Part shown: positions 12,801-27,800 of the stretch, one piece after another
How positions within the stretch are numbered: position 1 is the first letter of the stretch
Layout of the letters: each line of letters begins with the position of its first letter
Assembly: GCA_037379345.1 (NCBI GenBank)
Contig: CM074516.1
Location: forward strand, 25,048,001 to 25,111,851
DNA from: Perna viridis
Lineage: Eukaryota
Length of the DNA stretch: 63,851 nt
Direction of reading: 5' to 3'
Translations under genes and position numbers: made by a program
Notes under the pieces: model-generated
What the model saw: the letters and a program-made list of their open reading frames with translations, nothing else
What the model was told of the DNA's origin: nothing
Databases searched by the model: none

Positions 12801-15800
12801 AGAAAAGTCCCAGTAGTATAGTTCTTGACATTAAAAATTCAGAACGTTTTTTGTTTTTGTTTATTACATTAGATTTTATGAACTGAAAATTAAACATAGC
12901 AGTAACTTTAGTTCACTGGCTGCAAATTTTAATAGCCTGAAAAGAGTCAAAGAAAATACAAGTTAATGACTGTTTTAAATTTTGTTTGATGTATGATATT
13001 TGAGTAGTAGAACTTATTTTAGTTCTTGTTTTGATCAAAATCTATAAAAATAGTGCTACTTGCAATTTTCTACTTCAGTGCTGTAGAGAGGAAGCATACA
13101 ATGTCTAAAAGAATTTAAGTTTTTCTTTATAGCCCTTACCATAACAATTTATCTTTTAAATTCTGTCTCTTCTTTCTCACAAAATATGATTATTCAGGAT
13201 GCATAAACTGTCAAAGGAGTGAGTCAGAAGTTATCTTTGTGAAGATGTTATTACTTTTACACTTTCTGATGTTCCTCTTAATAAATCTATTTAATTACTG
13301 TTAGTAGATGTTATTACTTTACATGTTCTGATATTCTCTTGTTAAATCTGTTGAATTATTATAGTATTTTATTATTGGTATGTTTCTGCAAGTGTGATGT
13401 TTTCTCTTTTCACTAGATGAAAACTGATTAAATTCATGTTTTTTTGTGTGCTTAGATGATTTTTGTACTCTGCCTATGACGTTGAGGCGCAAATATGTTT
13501 TCAGTCTTTGTGTTTTTTTTTTTTATCTCAGTTCTGTATTTTTTCCATTAAGATAAGGTTTCACCACCAGGGAACTTTTTATAACTTAAATATGTTTCTT
13601 GACTAATGACAATAGAAACAAAAAGTTTTGCTTCAATCATAAAATTGTGTTGAACATGTTGAAGCTTTTTCCCATGAAGATAAGAGTATATTATGAATCT
13701 TGATATGTGTGTTGGTCATAAGATAGGCAATTTTATAGTTATGAATGAAAAGTGCTTAGATGACATCCATATTGCATGACTTGTTTTTTTTTTTCTATTT
13801 TTTTGTGCTGGAGATATTTGCTTTTAATGTTTGCTTGATTTTTTTTCTACATTAGTATTTTTCAGTTTTTATAATACCTATACTTTTATTGTTTATTTGA
13901 GAAAGTACATCAAAAATGAGCTTCATGCATAATTTATCTACGATAGTAAGAAGTTGAACCTCACTTTCATCTAGCAAAAATATACTGGTAAATCTAGCAA
14001 GAAAAAGTATCATAAAATATATTTTTTCACAGGAGAAGGTTGGAGGAGGAAAAGAGAGCGGAAGAAGAGGCTGCTAGGAAGGCTGCAGAAGAAGAGAGGT
14101 TGAGAAAGCTGGAAGAGGGAGGAGAAGAAGAAGGGGAAGGAGGGGAAGATGAAGGTAAGGGGAGATAATCACTTCTTAGAAATCATATTTTTTGAGTTTC
14201 TCATATAATATTCTATTGCTCTAATGAGATTCCCTTATCATCAGTTTGGTTTTGTTTAGGATGTTTGAAATGTATGTCTTCTTGGAAATGATAAGCATAG
14301 AATAAATGTTGTCTCAAATCTGAGAAATGTTGATGTAAATTCTCGAAGAGTTGGCAACTTTCATTATTAAATCCAAAGCTATGGTAAAAGCAGTGTTCTA
14401 GGATTATTCAAAATTATTGGTTTCCATGGGAGAACTATAAATGAAGATTAACTTTTCCTCACTTAAAGTTTGCTTTCTACTTGCCAAAGGGAAAGTGGGT
14501 TGTAATAATCAACTTTCCCACAACAAAATTGTACTTGCCCAGGGTGACATAAAAGTATAACGTGTAATCCTAGAACACTGTAAAGTATGAAATATTTCAA
14601 GGAATTGCACAAATCTGGGGAAAACATGAGAACAACACTCCTTGTATTTTGAAAAAAAGTTCTAAATGCAGTCCTTTTTCCAATTCAAGGGAATTTTGCA
14701 ATCAAAATAAAACTTTACATTATGAAGTGGTCTTGTCATTTTATGAATATATTTTAAATTTTTAATTTTGAATTAAATGAAAACCCAACACTTTGATAGT
14801 GAAATTGAAGTTTGATTTCTAAATTAGGAGTATATTCTAAACAATAATGAATTGTCAATATTGTTACATAGTATTTATTATTTTTTTATACTATAAACTG
14901 AGGTTGTTTCTTTTACGATTAGAAGAAAATGAATCAGTTGGTAAGAAATTCATTTCAATGGCTTCATATATATATATATGCATATCTGTATACACCAACC
15001 ACAGAATTAAACACATCAGTTTATCACATACATATTCAGGAGTATTGTAGCACAATTAAAATGTCACATCATTAAAGTTGGTTTAATCATCTTTGGTTAG
15101 GACAGTCTGGACCAATATGTTTTCATTGAATGATGCATTTATTGTACAAGTACATGTAAATGTTTCATTCATAATTATATTTGATATTTTAGTTTTTATT
15201 TGGTGAATTATAGCTGTTTTCTTCATGTTTAAATTCAGGTCTTGTTATGATGAATTTGATCAATTTCTTAACCATTAAACCATACAACTAGTGTACAGAT
15301 GGAAAAAAAACATACATCTCAGTGATGCACACAGTGTACACAGTCAAATGTGCCACATATGTGTATGATAATCATATAATGCTCGATTCATATGATAATT
15401 GTACGTCAATTGAAACATGTGAATCATACCATGCTTGATGCATATGATTATCGTATGTAAACTGAAACATATGTGAATCATACCATGCTTGGTTCATATG
15501 ATTCTCATGTGTAGCACTTTAGACTGTGTACAACATCAGTCTTAAACAGATTATTAGCTTTGCATGTACTTATCTACATGTATTCCCTGCTTTTATACCC
15601 TGGAGATCTTTAGATGGTTAGGTTATTTCCATTTCCAAATGATATCCTTCAAAACTGAGTATAGAAATTCTATCATACATAGAAACATTGCCATTCAGAA
15701 GTTAAGAGTTTAAATGTAAGAACATTTTTATTAGCCAAATAGTATTAAAATGACATGAGGTAATAATGGAAAAGTAAAATTTTAGGAAGATGTACTAATA

Positions 15801-18800
15801 TGTATTACTTAACATTTTATTGACCCTTGTCTTGTAAAAAACACTTTATTTTGTGTAAAGCTGATTTAAAAAAGTTGCCAAGTAATTTCTTATGCTTTGC
15901 TTCATAGCATTTATATAATAATATAGCATGACTGCATTCCCCTTACTATATATATATATTATTATAAAATTTTGCATGTTTAAACCATATTCTTGTAAGT
16001 TTTATTGCATGGAATTTATACAAAAAAGTAATTCTTTATATCAGTTGACTTTTTTGTTGTTTATTTATGTTTACGTTGTCAGACAGATTTTGAAAAATGC
16101 ACACAATGACTATTTAATATTCAAGGATAATATATTAAAACAACATACAGTGTTGTCTGATACATAAATATACCTGTAATCCTGTATATTTAGTTACAGT
16201 GTAAATCTGATTTCTTTGGCAACTAAATGAGACCTGTATATTTTATGATGATATGATAATTGAACGCATTTTTAAATGATGCTTAGAAGTAACAAAATTC
16301 TCTTTCTGAAAATATTCATGTATATAGATCGAACCATTTAGCACACACAATACTGGTGACAGAATCAAGATCATTTTTTGAAGTTAATAATTACATTGAA
16401 TTGGATTACTCCTTTTTGATTGTTTCCTTCTATTTTCTGTGTGTAATGGAGGCATTCAAATGGCCATGTAATATAGTGAAGAATTATTAGTTTCAAATCT
16501 ACTCACATTTATTAGAAAAGTATTTACATTCCTATGGTATTGACATTTTCTTGTCTGTCCAGTTTTGTTTTTTTTTCTTGGTTACCACATAAATCTTGAA
16601 TATCAAGCCATTTTCATTTTTTTTCTTTGATATTTCTAAGATTCCAATTACATTCAGAATAATTTTTTGTCATTTTACATGTAGACAAATGTAAACTAAT
16701 ATAAATTGATGAAAAAAAAATACCGTAAATGAATCAAAAAATAAATTTGATGACCAAAAGAAAGAATGTAGATATTTTTAGAAGTTATGCATGAATCAAT
16801 TAACTGTTTTCACCAACTGTTTGTGCATGTTTGTTTAGCAAGTAAAAGTGATGCACCTGCACAACTTGAAGAGGGGGAAGAAAAGGAGGAGGAAAAAGAG
16901 GCAGAGGCCGAGGCTAAAGGTCTGATATACCGCTAATAAAAAATAATATTTGGCGAAACAGTTTTAGGGTTGACTGTATTAGAAAATGGATTGAAAAAGT
17001 AGTTTAAACACACATGTGAACTTGAATCTAATTCATTCTATTGCTGAAAAATCTAGTATTGTAGGAGATATCAGGTATACTGTGGGTGGTATAGTACCAA
17101 TATTTGTGCACTTTTACACTGTTCACTGAATTTATGGGTTTATTGTATTTGACATTGGCATTTGGTTTAGGGATTTCATTGCATGTGGTTATTTTTTTAA
17201 TTGAGTTTTATGTAAAATTTGTTGTGATTTAACTTAATGTTTTATGCATGGTGTATTGCATGATAAAGATTTAAACACAAACAGTGTTTTACCTTGCCAC
17301 ATTTTCATAGCATTAAATTAAATCATCAGGTGTGGTAATTGGCATGTTTTTGTCTTACCAAACATTTATATGTCACAATGATTTTAACTATTCTGGTTTT
17401 GTCAATTTTAGAAGAGGAAGAAACAAAACATGAGCCTGATGAGGCCAAGCAGGATCCAGAAGGTAAATTGATCTTTGTTACTGAAGGAAACATTTCATAT
17501 AAGGAAACCTTTTATACACCTGCATCAATATTCATACTTGTAGTAGTGTCAAGTCTTATTGTATAAAAAAATGTCAACTGTCATACATGTCGTATATGTA
17601 TTGTTAAGCTTTATTATATACATAGGTGCCACTCTTTATTGTGTTGTTAAGTTTCATTGTATACTTGGGTATCAACTTTCATTGTGTCATTAGGTTCATA
17701 TTATACATGAGTGTCAACTTTCATTGTATTGTTAAGTTGCATTGTATACTTGGATGTCAACTTCCATTGTGTAGTTAAGTTTTATTGTACACATGTGTCA
17801 TTTTTCATGGTAAATTGAATTTTTTTTGTTTTGGAGTTATAAATTCAAGGATTTAATTTAACCATTCACTTTCCCAAATGAAATTTTTGTTATGGTGGTA
17901 ATTCAAGCAATGGTTTTATGTTTTCTGACTTTCACAGTATGGCTTGTACATTGAAAGAATTTTTTTGGTCTATAACTATTTGTGGGTGTATTTTTAATGA
18001 AAATTCTATGTTCTGTGGAATGTCGATTCAAACACATTTAAAGAATGTGATAGTGCATGTATACATGTATATGTTATACAAATGAAATTTAGTCCATCTT
18101 AGACTAGAATTATACATTTATTCAAATTTCTGTGATTACAATATGATAAGTCAGTATAATGAACATTTATACTATAGTTTGCCTGTGATTGGTAGTTTCT
18201 TTAGAGTCTTAGTTGTATGGATTTTTATCTTTATTTCAGTTGATGAAGCATCAAAAGAGCCAACAGTTACTATTGAAGAAGATCCTGATGTAAGTGGTCA
18301 GACTTGGTTTTATAAAAAAAAGTATTATTTTTAGATGTCTTACACCTTCTTGCTCTGATTTAAAAAAAACTTGACTTGAAAAATGGTATAAAAAAATTTT
18401 GATTATGTATATAGATTCTTCTTCAGTGATGAGGGGTTTAGATTTATCCACTTGAGATGATAAAATCTTAATTTTACCATAGAGAGTGAAGAATAAATAG
18501 GCAGAAGAAAAATAAGTTTCTCCTACAAAATCTGTCAAAAACTTGGGAAATGCAAAATGTTTGGAAACCTCACACAGAAATGTAATCTCTACAAGCATTA
18601 GCTACAAATGGAAAAAATAGTTTTATGAAACTCAGATGGGTAACTATGATCCTGACTTTTTGATAATGATGTGACTTTGTATGATAGGAGATCAGTTGTA
18701 TATTAAACTTTAGGTTGTTTGTACATTGAACAGACAATAAAACCTAAGAAAGTATCAAAAAAGAAAAAGGTATCATTTGTTAACATCTAAAAATGTTAAT

Positions 18801-21800
18801 TTGCATGCTATCCTGGTAACTGTTACTATGGTTACAATGATTTCAAACTTTCTGTGTGACATAATGTTACTATTTGGTAAACCATTGAAGATTTATATTC
18901 ATATTTGGTGAATGTTCTATGAAAAACGATCATAGTTTTGCATGCATGCACATTTGTGTCAATTTTTTTGTTGCTAAATGAATGTTACTAATGTTTATTG
19001 GCTTAAATTCATTAAATGTTGGATTTGATTTTTGACTGTTAAAGGAATTCATGGTTCAAGTTTCCACTTTATGTTTTAAGTTGTTGAAATAATTCATGTT
19101 GATTTTTTATATAGCACTTAACTGTATTTTAAAGTTATTACCAATTTTGTTTGAACTTTTTTAATAGGTAAATATAACTAAAATATAAATAACTTAATAT
19201 AATCTGGATCCCTAATTTTTCTTTTGATGATTACAGAAAGTTCCAGATGGTCCAGAATTAGATGATTTCAAAGAGAAGCGTAAAGAGTATGACCGAGACA
19301 TTGGCAACATCCTTGCTACCATCTCTGGTGGAAGTTCTATTGATCCAGTCTTGGTGGAATTAGAAGAGAAAGCTGTGGAGAAGGTTCTTGATGAGACCTC
19401 ACTAAATATAGAAAGTAAGGGGGATAATGAGATTTCTTGGTAAACTTTTACTTTATGAAAGTAGGAGGTTTAACAGGTATAAAACCTTTTTTAACCCAAC
19501 ATCGGAATTTTTTTAGGTGCAAAAATAATCTTGTTTAGAAATATCTTCACTAGTGAATGGAAAAATGCAAATTGTATGTTTTGTACTATGAAAAATATGG
19601 TCATTGTTTTGACCTGGTTTTTACAAATTGATTAATGGGTATATCAAATTATTTTCTTTGTGTAACAGTTGATTTATTTTACAGAACAATTTAAACCTCA
19701 GTCCTGGGAGTTGTCAGGAGCTGATATGGATGAGGAAGAAGAGGACTTACAGAATGATGCTGATGCTGCTGGAGAGGATGAGGAAGAAGCTGAGGAAGAG
19801 GAAGAGGTAATGATTATCATTTTGATAAGTTATTCTGTTCATCTGAGGTTGAGAAGAGGTCAGAATCATTAATTTAGCTAGTTTAAGAATGATTGAGGTC
19901 ATTGTCAGCAAGTTAGCCTTTTAAACATACTTTAATGTATGTTGTATAATTTATGCCTGGTTTCTGTTTATATCAAATGATATATAGTGCTCTTTATGAA
20001 TGAATGCATTCCTTGTCCAGCTACAAGACTGTTTATCAGTTCTAAACCAATTTTGACAATTTTTACACTTAAGTTTAGTGAAGTGGCTCCAGTTTTAAAG
20101 AAAATAAGAAGTTTAGTATTCATTGTATTTTCTTGTGTTTTTTAGGAGGAAGATACAAACAGAGGCCGTGGTAAGAAGAAACCTCTTGGTGACACCAACT
20201 GGTTCTGTCCAGTTGCACTGAAGGAGAACTTTGTATTGTATCCTGGTAATCCAGAGATAGCAGCTAGATACAGGGAGAAAACCTATTATTTCTCTACTAC
20301 AGAGGCCAGGGATAAGTTTCTTGCAACTCCTGAGGAGTTCCTAACTAAGAATGAGTCACCCAAGGTAATATTCATTTTTTTTACATCTTTATATACCTAG
20401 AAATGTACCACCAATATAATGTTAAGGCTGCCTCCCTTTAATGAAACAGTATCTTGATCAAGTCTTATGTTAATAGTTATTATGTTTTGTAGTGTAACTT
20501 ATTGCTTCATCTAAGAAGAAACACAGATAATATGTTGATGCTAAAATGAAGTTCAGTACAAACACATCAAAGTCCATATGAATTAATATTAAAGGACTGT
20601 ATAACAGAGTTCTAAGGGTATTATACAAAAGTCTTGTGCTTTTTTTTATCATGAAATGTCTGTTGTAAATGTATTGTATTTTTATTGTCCCTTTAAGGCA
20701 CCACCATTGAGACTGCTAATGTTAGGACCAAAGGGAGCAGGTAAATCTCTCCACAGCCGTAACATGGCCAGGAAGATGGGTCTCTTCCACATCTCATTCA
20801 AAGACAGATTACAGGAGCTTATTATTCACAAAACAAAGAAAAGGATTGGTCCAGAATATGAGCAGGACAATCTTCCAGATCCTGAAGAAGAAGAGTAAGT
20901 GCATTGAAATATTACAAATAGCCTCTTTTAATATCTCCAAATTCAATTATTATTATTTTTTTTTAATGCCAATTTAAGATTTGTGCAGAAAATTTACAAA
21001 GCTCCCCTTAGTGATACTTGTGAAAACTATGGAATTGAAGCATTAAATATGACCTCTTTTGTACAGGGAACCAGATGGAGATGAGGCAGGAGTTACTGGT
21101 CCTGATGGACAAGCTGTTCCTCCAGAAACCTCTGAAAGTGAGAGTAAAGAGAACCAGGAGGAAGAAGAGGTAGAGTACACAGAAGAGGAAGAAGCCATAA
21201 AGAATAACCTTGAAAGTGAGGAGCCACTGCCTGCTGAGGTGTTGGATAATATACTACAGCCATTCTGGCATAAAGAACCATACAAGTATGTTTCATTGTC
21301 TGCTTTTATCATGCTTTTCTATATTATTTTCTTTATCTCAGTTTAATCAATTTCTTTGTAAATATCATTTTTTTTAATTACAAAGTTAATAAGACGAGAT
21401 CTATAGACTCTAGTCTGAAAAATGCTGTAGAAAAATTAAACTTGTGGACTTTCAAAAGCAAATTAACCCTATTGGGCATCTTTTTAAAATTTAATTGAAA
21501 TATTTAAATTAAAATCTTTTCCTTTAGGTCAACAGGGTTCATTCTTGAAGGATTCCCGAGGACCAGTGAAGAGGCAAAATACCTTGCTGAGATGGGCCTA
21601 TTCCCTGATGTTGCTTGTATCCTCAATGTGGAGGTAGAAGATGTCATAAATAGATTACTGCCACCGAAGATGGTGAAATGGACAGTCAGGAGAGATAAAA
21701 AGTTAGCTATCAAACAGAGAAAGAAGGAAAAAGCAAAGAAGAAAAGGGTAAGGCTGTAATGGTGTATTTTTTTAGAATTGCATTGTTGTCATGCTGGATT

Positions 21801-24800
21801 TTCAAAACATTCTTGGTTTTTAGGTTAAATCTTCTGTAGATTTGAAAATTTATACTTATTTTTTGCCTTCATAGCTTGTTTCAAACAACATGTAATTGTT
21901 ATACACTACTTTGTATTGTGTCTTAGCTATTATGATGTTAAGTATTAAAACATGTTTTTTTCAAGTACAAATGTATTTTGTTGGCTTGTCATAAGTTCAC
22001 AACATATGGTAGTTGTATTTCATTCATGTATAAGCTTGAGGTAATGGAGTTAAGGGCTATTGACCTTCTGGTGTTTCTGTGTTTGAACCTTACACAATTT
22101 CATATTACCAACAGGAAGAACAGATACAGAAAAGAAGAGAAGAACTGGAAAAAGAACAGGAAGAGAAAAGAAAAGAAAGACAGGTATTTTAAGAATATTT
22201 GTGACATATCTGTCACATGATTTTATGAAGGGAGGGAAGATGGAAGCGGAATTTTTCGAAGGGAATAAGATATGCAAATCATGATATGAATCCAATATAA
22301 ATTTGAGTCTAATTTTATCTTGTATACAGTAGATAGAAAAGATTTTAGATAATAATTGTTTATGAAATTCAAAGAGTTGTTAAGTATTATTATTGTCAGG
22401 ACAATTTAAAGTACTGTTTTTTTTCTTTTTACAGGCTGAGAAAGAAGCTCAGAGAGCTGAAGCTGAGTCAGATGAAGAGATTGAAGAGGAGGAAGTGGAA
22501 GAAGAGGAAGAGGACAACATTGAGGCAATCTTAGCTGAGGAGTTTGAAGAGGAAGAGGAGGAGGAAGAAGAAGAGGAAGAAGCAGAGGATGAGGCCCAAG
22601 ATAGAATGAAAAATGATATTTCAGAAGTGTATGACAATGATAAAAACAGATTGGAAAATGTTCAGGTAAATATAACGTATTCAGAAGTACTGTGATAATA
22701 AGGAATAGATGATGTGTAGATACGTCAAGCAGGAGAAAATGAGAAAGTGGTATGACACATTTTATTATTACCATAAAAAATACAAATGGTGGAAAATTGA
22801 TTATTTAGTGTAACTGTTTTCATCATTTTGAATTATCCTCTCATTATTCATATTATCATTTCGGCATGGGCATTTGATGTTTGTAAGAGACTTGTGTGGT
22901 TTTGATAAAAGTAACAAAATGTAATTTTATCGCCTTATTATAGACATCATTCATGGAGGTGCTAATTGACTCAATAGAAGTGGACAGCAGTAGAAAGCCA
23001 CACATTATTTCATATGTAATGTCCAAAAAACTAAAGAAATACATCCAGGCAAGACACAGTATGTTTGAGAGAATCTACCCTGTCAGTGAGGCCCTGGCCA
23101 GAAGAATGTTACAGACAGGCTACAAACAGCCCAGCAGATTTGGTCGATGGTGTCCTGTCAAGGTAAGTCATTTTTTATTTCAGGAAATGTTGGTTGAAAA
23201 AAGACTATGGATGGTGGAGAAGAAAAAACCTATAAAACCCAATGACATGGTACACAGCCTTTTAGAGAAATTATAGATAAAGTTTTTTATTTTGAAATAC
23301 CTGGTTTTATTTTTATGCACGATTTGAATTCTTTCCTAGCGTATGCTCAACATCTTTCTTTGAAATTATAATGAATGAACTTTTCATTTTTTTCAAAGCA
23401 TTCAAACCAGACTGGAATATAAACTTCCATCATAGAGCATAATGTTTGCATTACATCTTTTTTTCCAGTCAAAAGAAGGTAATTGTATCCAGCCTATGAG
23501 TGGAATGGGATACCCAACATACCCGTGTATATACAGACAGAACATCTACTATCTATCTTCTGTTCAGGCCAGAGATGAGTTCATGCAGGATCCTATGGCC
23601 TTCCTCACACAGCCAACACCCAAACCTGTAGTCCCAATCAGGATGGCTGTGATTGGACCTCCAAAGTCTGGCAAAACTACATGTAAGTCTTTTGTTGTGT
23701 TCACTTCTTTATACATTTTATACTGATTAAGTTAAAAAGCTTAAATAATACAGTTGATGATTTGTAAATGTGATAAGGAAGAGATGACACATTGCATTAA
23801 GATAATTTCCTCCATTTAAAATTTTGTTGTATCTTTTTAAATCTTATATAATTCTTTCGTAAAGATTGTTTTATGTTTCATTGTTTTAAAAAAGGCCATG
23901 TATGAAATGCTTACTTTACAATTATCATGAGTAAAATTCATAAACATCACAAATATTTACAACTTTCTTGTCATTGCAGTGGCCAATAGATTTGTGGAGG
24001 AGTATGGTTTGGTCAGGTTGTCTATTGGAGAAGCAATGAGGCGTGTCATGATGGAACAGCCAAAGTCCGACCTGTCGAAACAGATACAGAATCATGTGAC
24101 CAAAGGTTTAACAGTACCTGATGAACTGGCTGTCCAAGCTTTGGATATCTGCTTACTGGACATGAAATCTCAAACCAGAGGGTATGTTTTGGATAAGGAA
24201 GTGAAATAATAAGTTATCTGCTTTTTGTCTGATTGATGTTGTGCTAAGAGATATTGAATATAAAAAGTTAATATCACACAGAAAAATCTGTTTATTAAAA
24301 TGATTGTATGAGGAGGCCAATACCTACGTGTCAATTTATTGTACCCCCACTTTGAAGTTTTGGGGTGTATAGTGATAATGATTTGTATTATTTGCATTTT
24401 TAAAGGTCTCTTTATAAGCACTTTATAAACAGTCCAATTATTTAGAGTAGCTTGAAACCTGGAATTTTATCAAAGACACCATTTATACATACATTATCAT
24501 ATATATATCATTTAGATACATTTTGGATGGTTATCCCAATACCATGAAACAAGTAGAGTTGATGACAGAAAGATGTATCATACCTGTCAGAGTTATAGAA
24601 CTTGATATTGACAGTAAAGAGGTCATGGTCAGAGGTCTGAGAGACAGAATGTCACCATCTAGGTTGGTGTTATACCTGTTTGAAATATTGACTTTGAAAG
24701 TAGCGAGGCTATGATTAGAGAGAGTAATCAAGGAAACCAAGGTTATAGCGGTAATCAAAAGAATGTAATCCAGGGACAAAGACCCGACATGGAAAACAGA

Positions 24801-27800
24801 CATACACAACAGAACATAAAGTAACTAAAATCATACATACAAAGTAACAAAAGCGAATGAGCAACTCAGACTCCACTAAAAACTGGGAGCATGGACCAGA
24901 TGCACTGGTAGGGTAAGCGTCCTCTGCTTTTTTAGAAACACCTGCCGAGTTGCTCATAAAAAGTCAAGTCCGGGGTAGACAAACGAGGAGAGGAAAACTA
25001 TGACCTGTTGAATAAATCAGTTTTCATGGTGCAGATGGATGCACCATAACAATCCACAAGTTCATGATGATGACCATAAAACTTCTGTAGTGATGACTTC
25101 AATCTTGTAGAGGTCAGAGAGATGGAATGTCAGCCTCTAGATAGGTACTATACCTATTTGAAGTAATGAATTTTACATTGACATTTAATGTTCAACGTCT
25201 TTAGTTTAAGGGACAGAATATATATGACGCTTTATGTATAGATTTTTCATCAATTATATGTGGGTACGAATTGCAGAAAAAATTAACAAAAAACTTATAA
25301 AATATCTGATTATTTTTAAGACCTTGATAAAAATGTGCAAATGGTTTTCCCTAGAAAAAAGACATTTGCCAATGTTGAGTATTATTGATCATACTCAAAA
25401 AAGAAACCTTTTTTTTTTTACTCATATTTGTTCATTCTTCATGTGACATAATTTATATTTCAGGGTGTTACCACTACATGACAGTTCACAAATTCTGGCA
25501 ATCAAATTAGCTGCATACAACAAAGAGGTTGCTGCTGTTAAGGAATATTATGTTCAGGAACATATGAACTTTATTAAGGTCGATGGTCAAAGGTCAAAAT
25601 GGTGGGTGTGGAATAGGAGTCTGGACATTGCCCATGAAAGTGTTAAAAAGATTCAGACCTATCTACAGAGAATCTCTGATGGTAGGTATATAACACAAGG
25701 GATTTAACTTCTAAATATAAAAAAAAAACACCAAAAGATATTTAAGAGTTATGATAAAGATCATTTTAACCAATGATGTATGCCATATCATGAAATAATG
25801 ATTATGAAATGGTTACCTAAAACAAAAATATTTTGATCTTACATAAGTATGAATAACAAGTAATCAGGTGATTAAAATGGTATAATGGCTATTTTAACAC
25901 CCTCAAACCTTTTTAATCAATTCTAGTGATACCAAAAGAATCCCTCCAAACTTCTCATTTGAGTCATATTTATAGTGTCCTTTGTTTTACTTTCAGGTCG
26001 ATCAGCCTCCATTAGTGATATGTGCATCACACCCAGTGAGTTCTTGCAGAGAGTTGGTGATTTTGGACAGTATTGTCCTGTCAGTCTGGCATTACGGGGA
26101 GAACTTGTTGATTGTTCATCAAAAGTGTCACTGGAGTTTGCTGCTGAATTTAGAGGTAGATATGTTTACCATCCTTCTTGCTATTTACAATGATTGAAAA
26201 ACAATACAAATTATACACATTGATGAACAAAAAAACTAATTAAGATTTAAAGGCATGAATAATTTTCATTTCTATATCAAATAATTAGTGATTTTGTATG
26301 TTGAAAAAATAGATGGAGATATATTGACATTTTTTATGTTCTACTTCTACCTACAGAAGACAGATATATAACATTTATCAAAAAGTTGTCAGTTATCCAT
26401 CATCTTAAATTTCAGTTGACAATCAACAAAATAAATGATAAAATCTTTTGTATTTAGCACACTACTACAAGATGGCTGGTCCTGAGGAGTTGAAACATTT
26501 CTTAGCCGATCCTGAGAAGTTTGTCCCACCTCTGGCACCACGTAAACTGCCTCCTCCAGAGTTGTTACCTAAAAGATACGATCCTAAAGAAGTGAAAGCT
26601 TCACAGGTTATAGAACTGAAGGGATACTGTCCTGTTACTTTCTTAGATGGCAAGTGCAGGTAGGGTGAAGAAGTAATGAGTTTTATATCCAGTTTCCTGG
26701 AGTATCACATATATTGCATACATATATCCTAAACAGAGAATTTCCAAAGAGGCCAATGGTTAACTTTGTAGCAGATCTTTTGTATATATTTTTGTGAGTT
26801 AATGATAATATCCATACAATATTTTGAATTGATCACTTTTTACCTTTGTAGATATGAAGCAATAGTTCCTGGCAATCAAGATTTTATTGGAGAGTACCAA
26901 GGGAAATATTTCTACATGGAGACAGAAGAAAAATTAAATAAATTTTTGAAGTAAGTACAAAATAGTCTGGCTCTGTGAATTAATAGAATGATACCATTAA
27001 AAAGACAAAACTTAAATAAAAAAAATAAATTTTTTCCCTCAACTCGTATAAAAGAGTAAGCAGGCTCATGGTTACTGGTATCTTTGTGTTGTTAAAGGAT
27101 GTGATATGTAAAAAGCTTCATGAAACTTTCATAATTTTGGATATGAGAGCTATTGACTTAGTTCATGAATATCATTTAAATGTAAAATTGGGAATTTGAG
27201 TACCTTCAGTTAATTAAATCAATTGCAGTAAGTCTACATCAATAAAAAAAATATTTTCCTGTATAATTCATCAATAAATGTTATTTTCAGACTACCAGAG
27301 AAATACTCTAATCTTACACTACCACACAAACTGCCTCCTCCAAAAGATGCCCTCCCAGTCACTGGCCTTCCAATGCTGGGTTATATGGAGCAGACTGCTG
27401 CCACAAATCTGGTGAAAGCATTAACAGCTGTTGGTAATTTCAAACCTAAATATCCTTTCCTGACTCCAGCCAGGTCTGCCCAGTTGTATGTTGCGTATCA
27501 CTTAAAAGGTAGGTAAAATACTGTATTAAATCATTCTAGTATTTGTGGTTTAAAAGAACAGGTTTTATGTATAGTTATCTTGATAAATCATTTTGTTGGT
27601 GTTGGTTTTCCATATTTTTCGCCGAATTTCACATGAAAATCGGGTTATTATAGGATAATTCTAATCATGAGATTCTTCATGCATATAGTCGTTTTTGATA
27701 GGTCGAGGTCGTCTTTGCTAGAAAGTTCATACTTGCATGCACTTTGCCAGATTGTTCATACATGCGTGAATGCCGGTCAACTTGAAACCAATATGGCCGC

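Noticed and set aside
22406-22774. Minus-strand Ser/Leu/Pro-rich ORFs over AK9 exons
   Set aside because: Antisense shadows of Glu-rich coding sequence.
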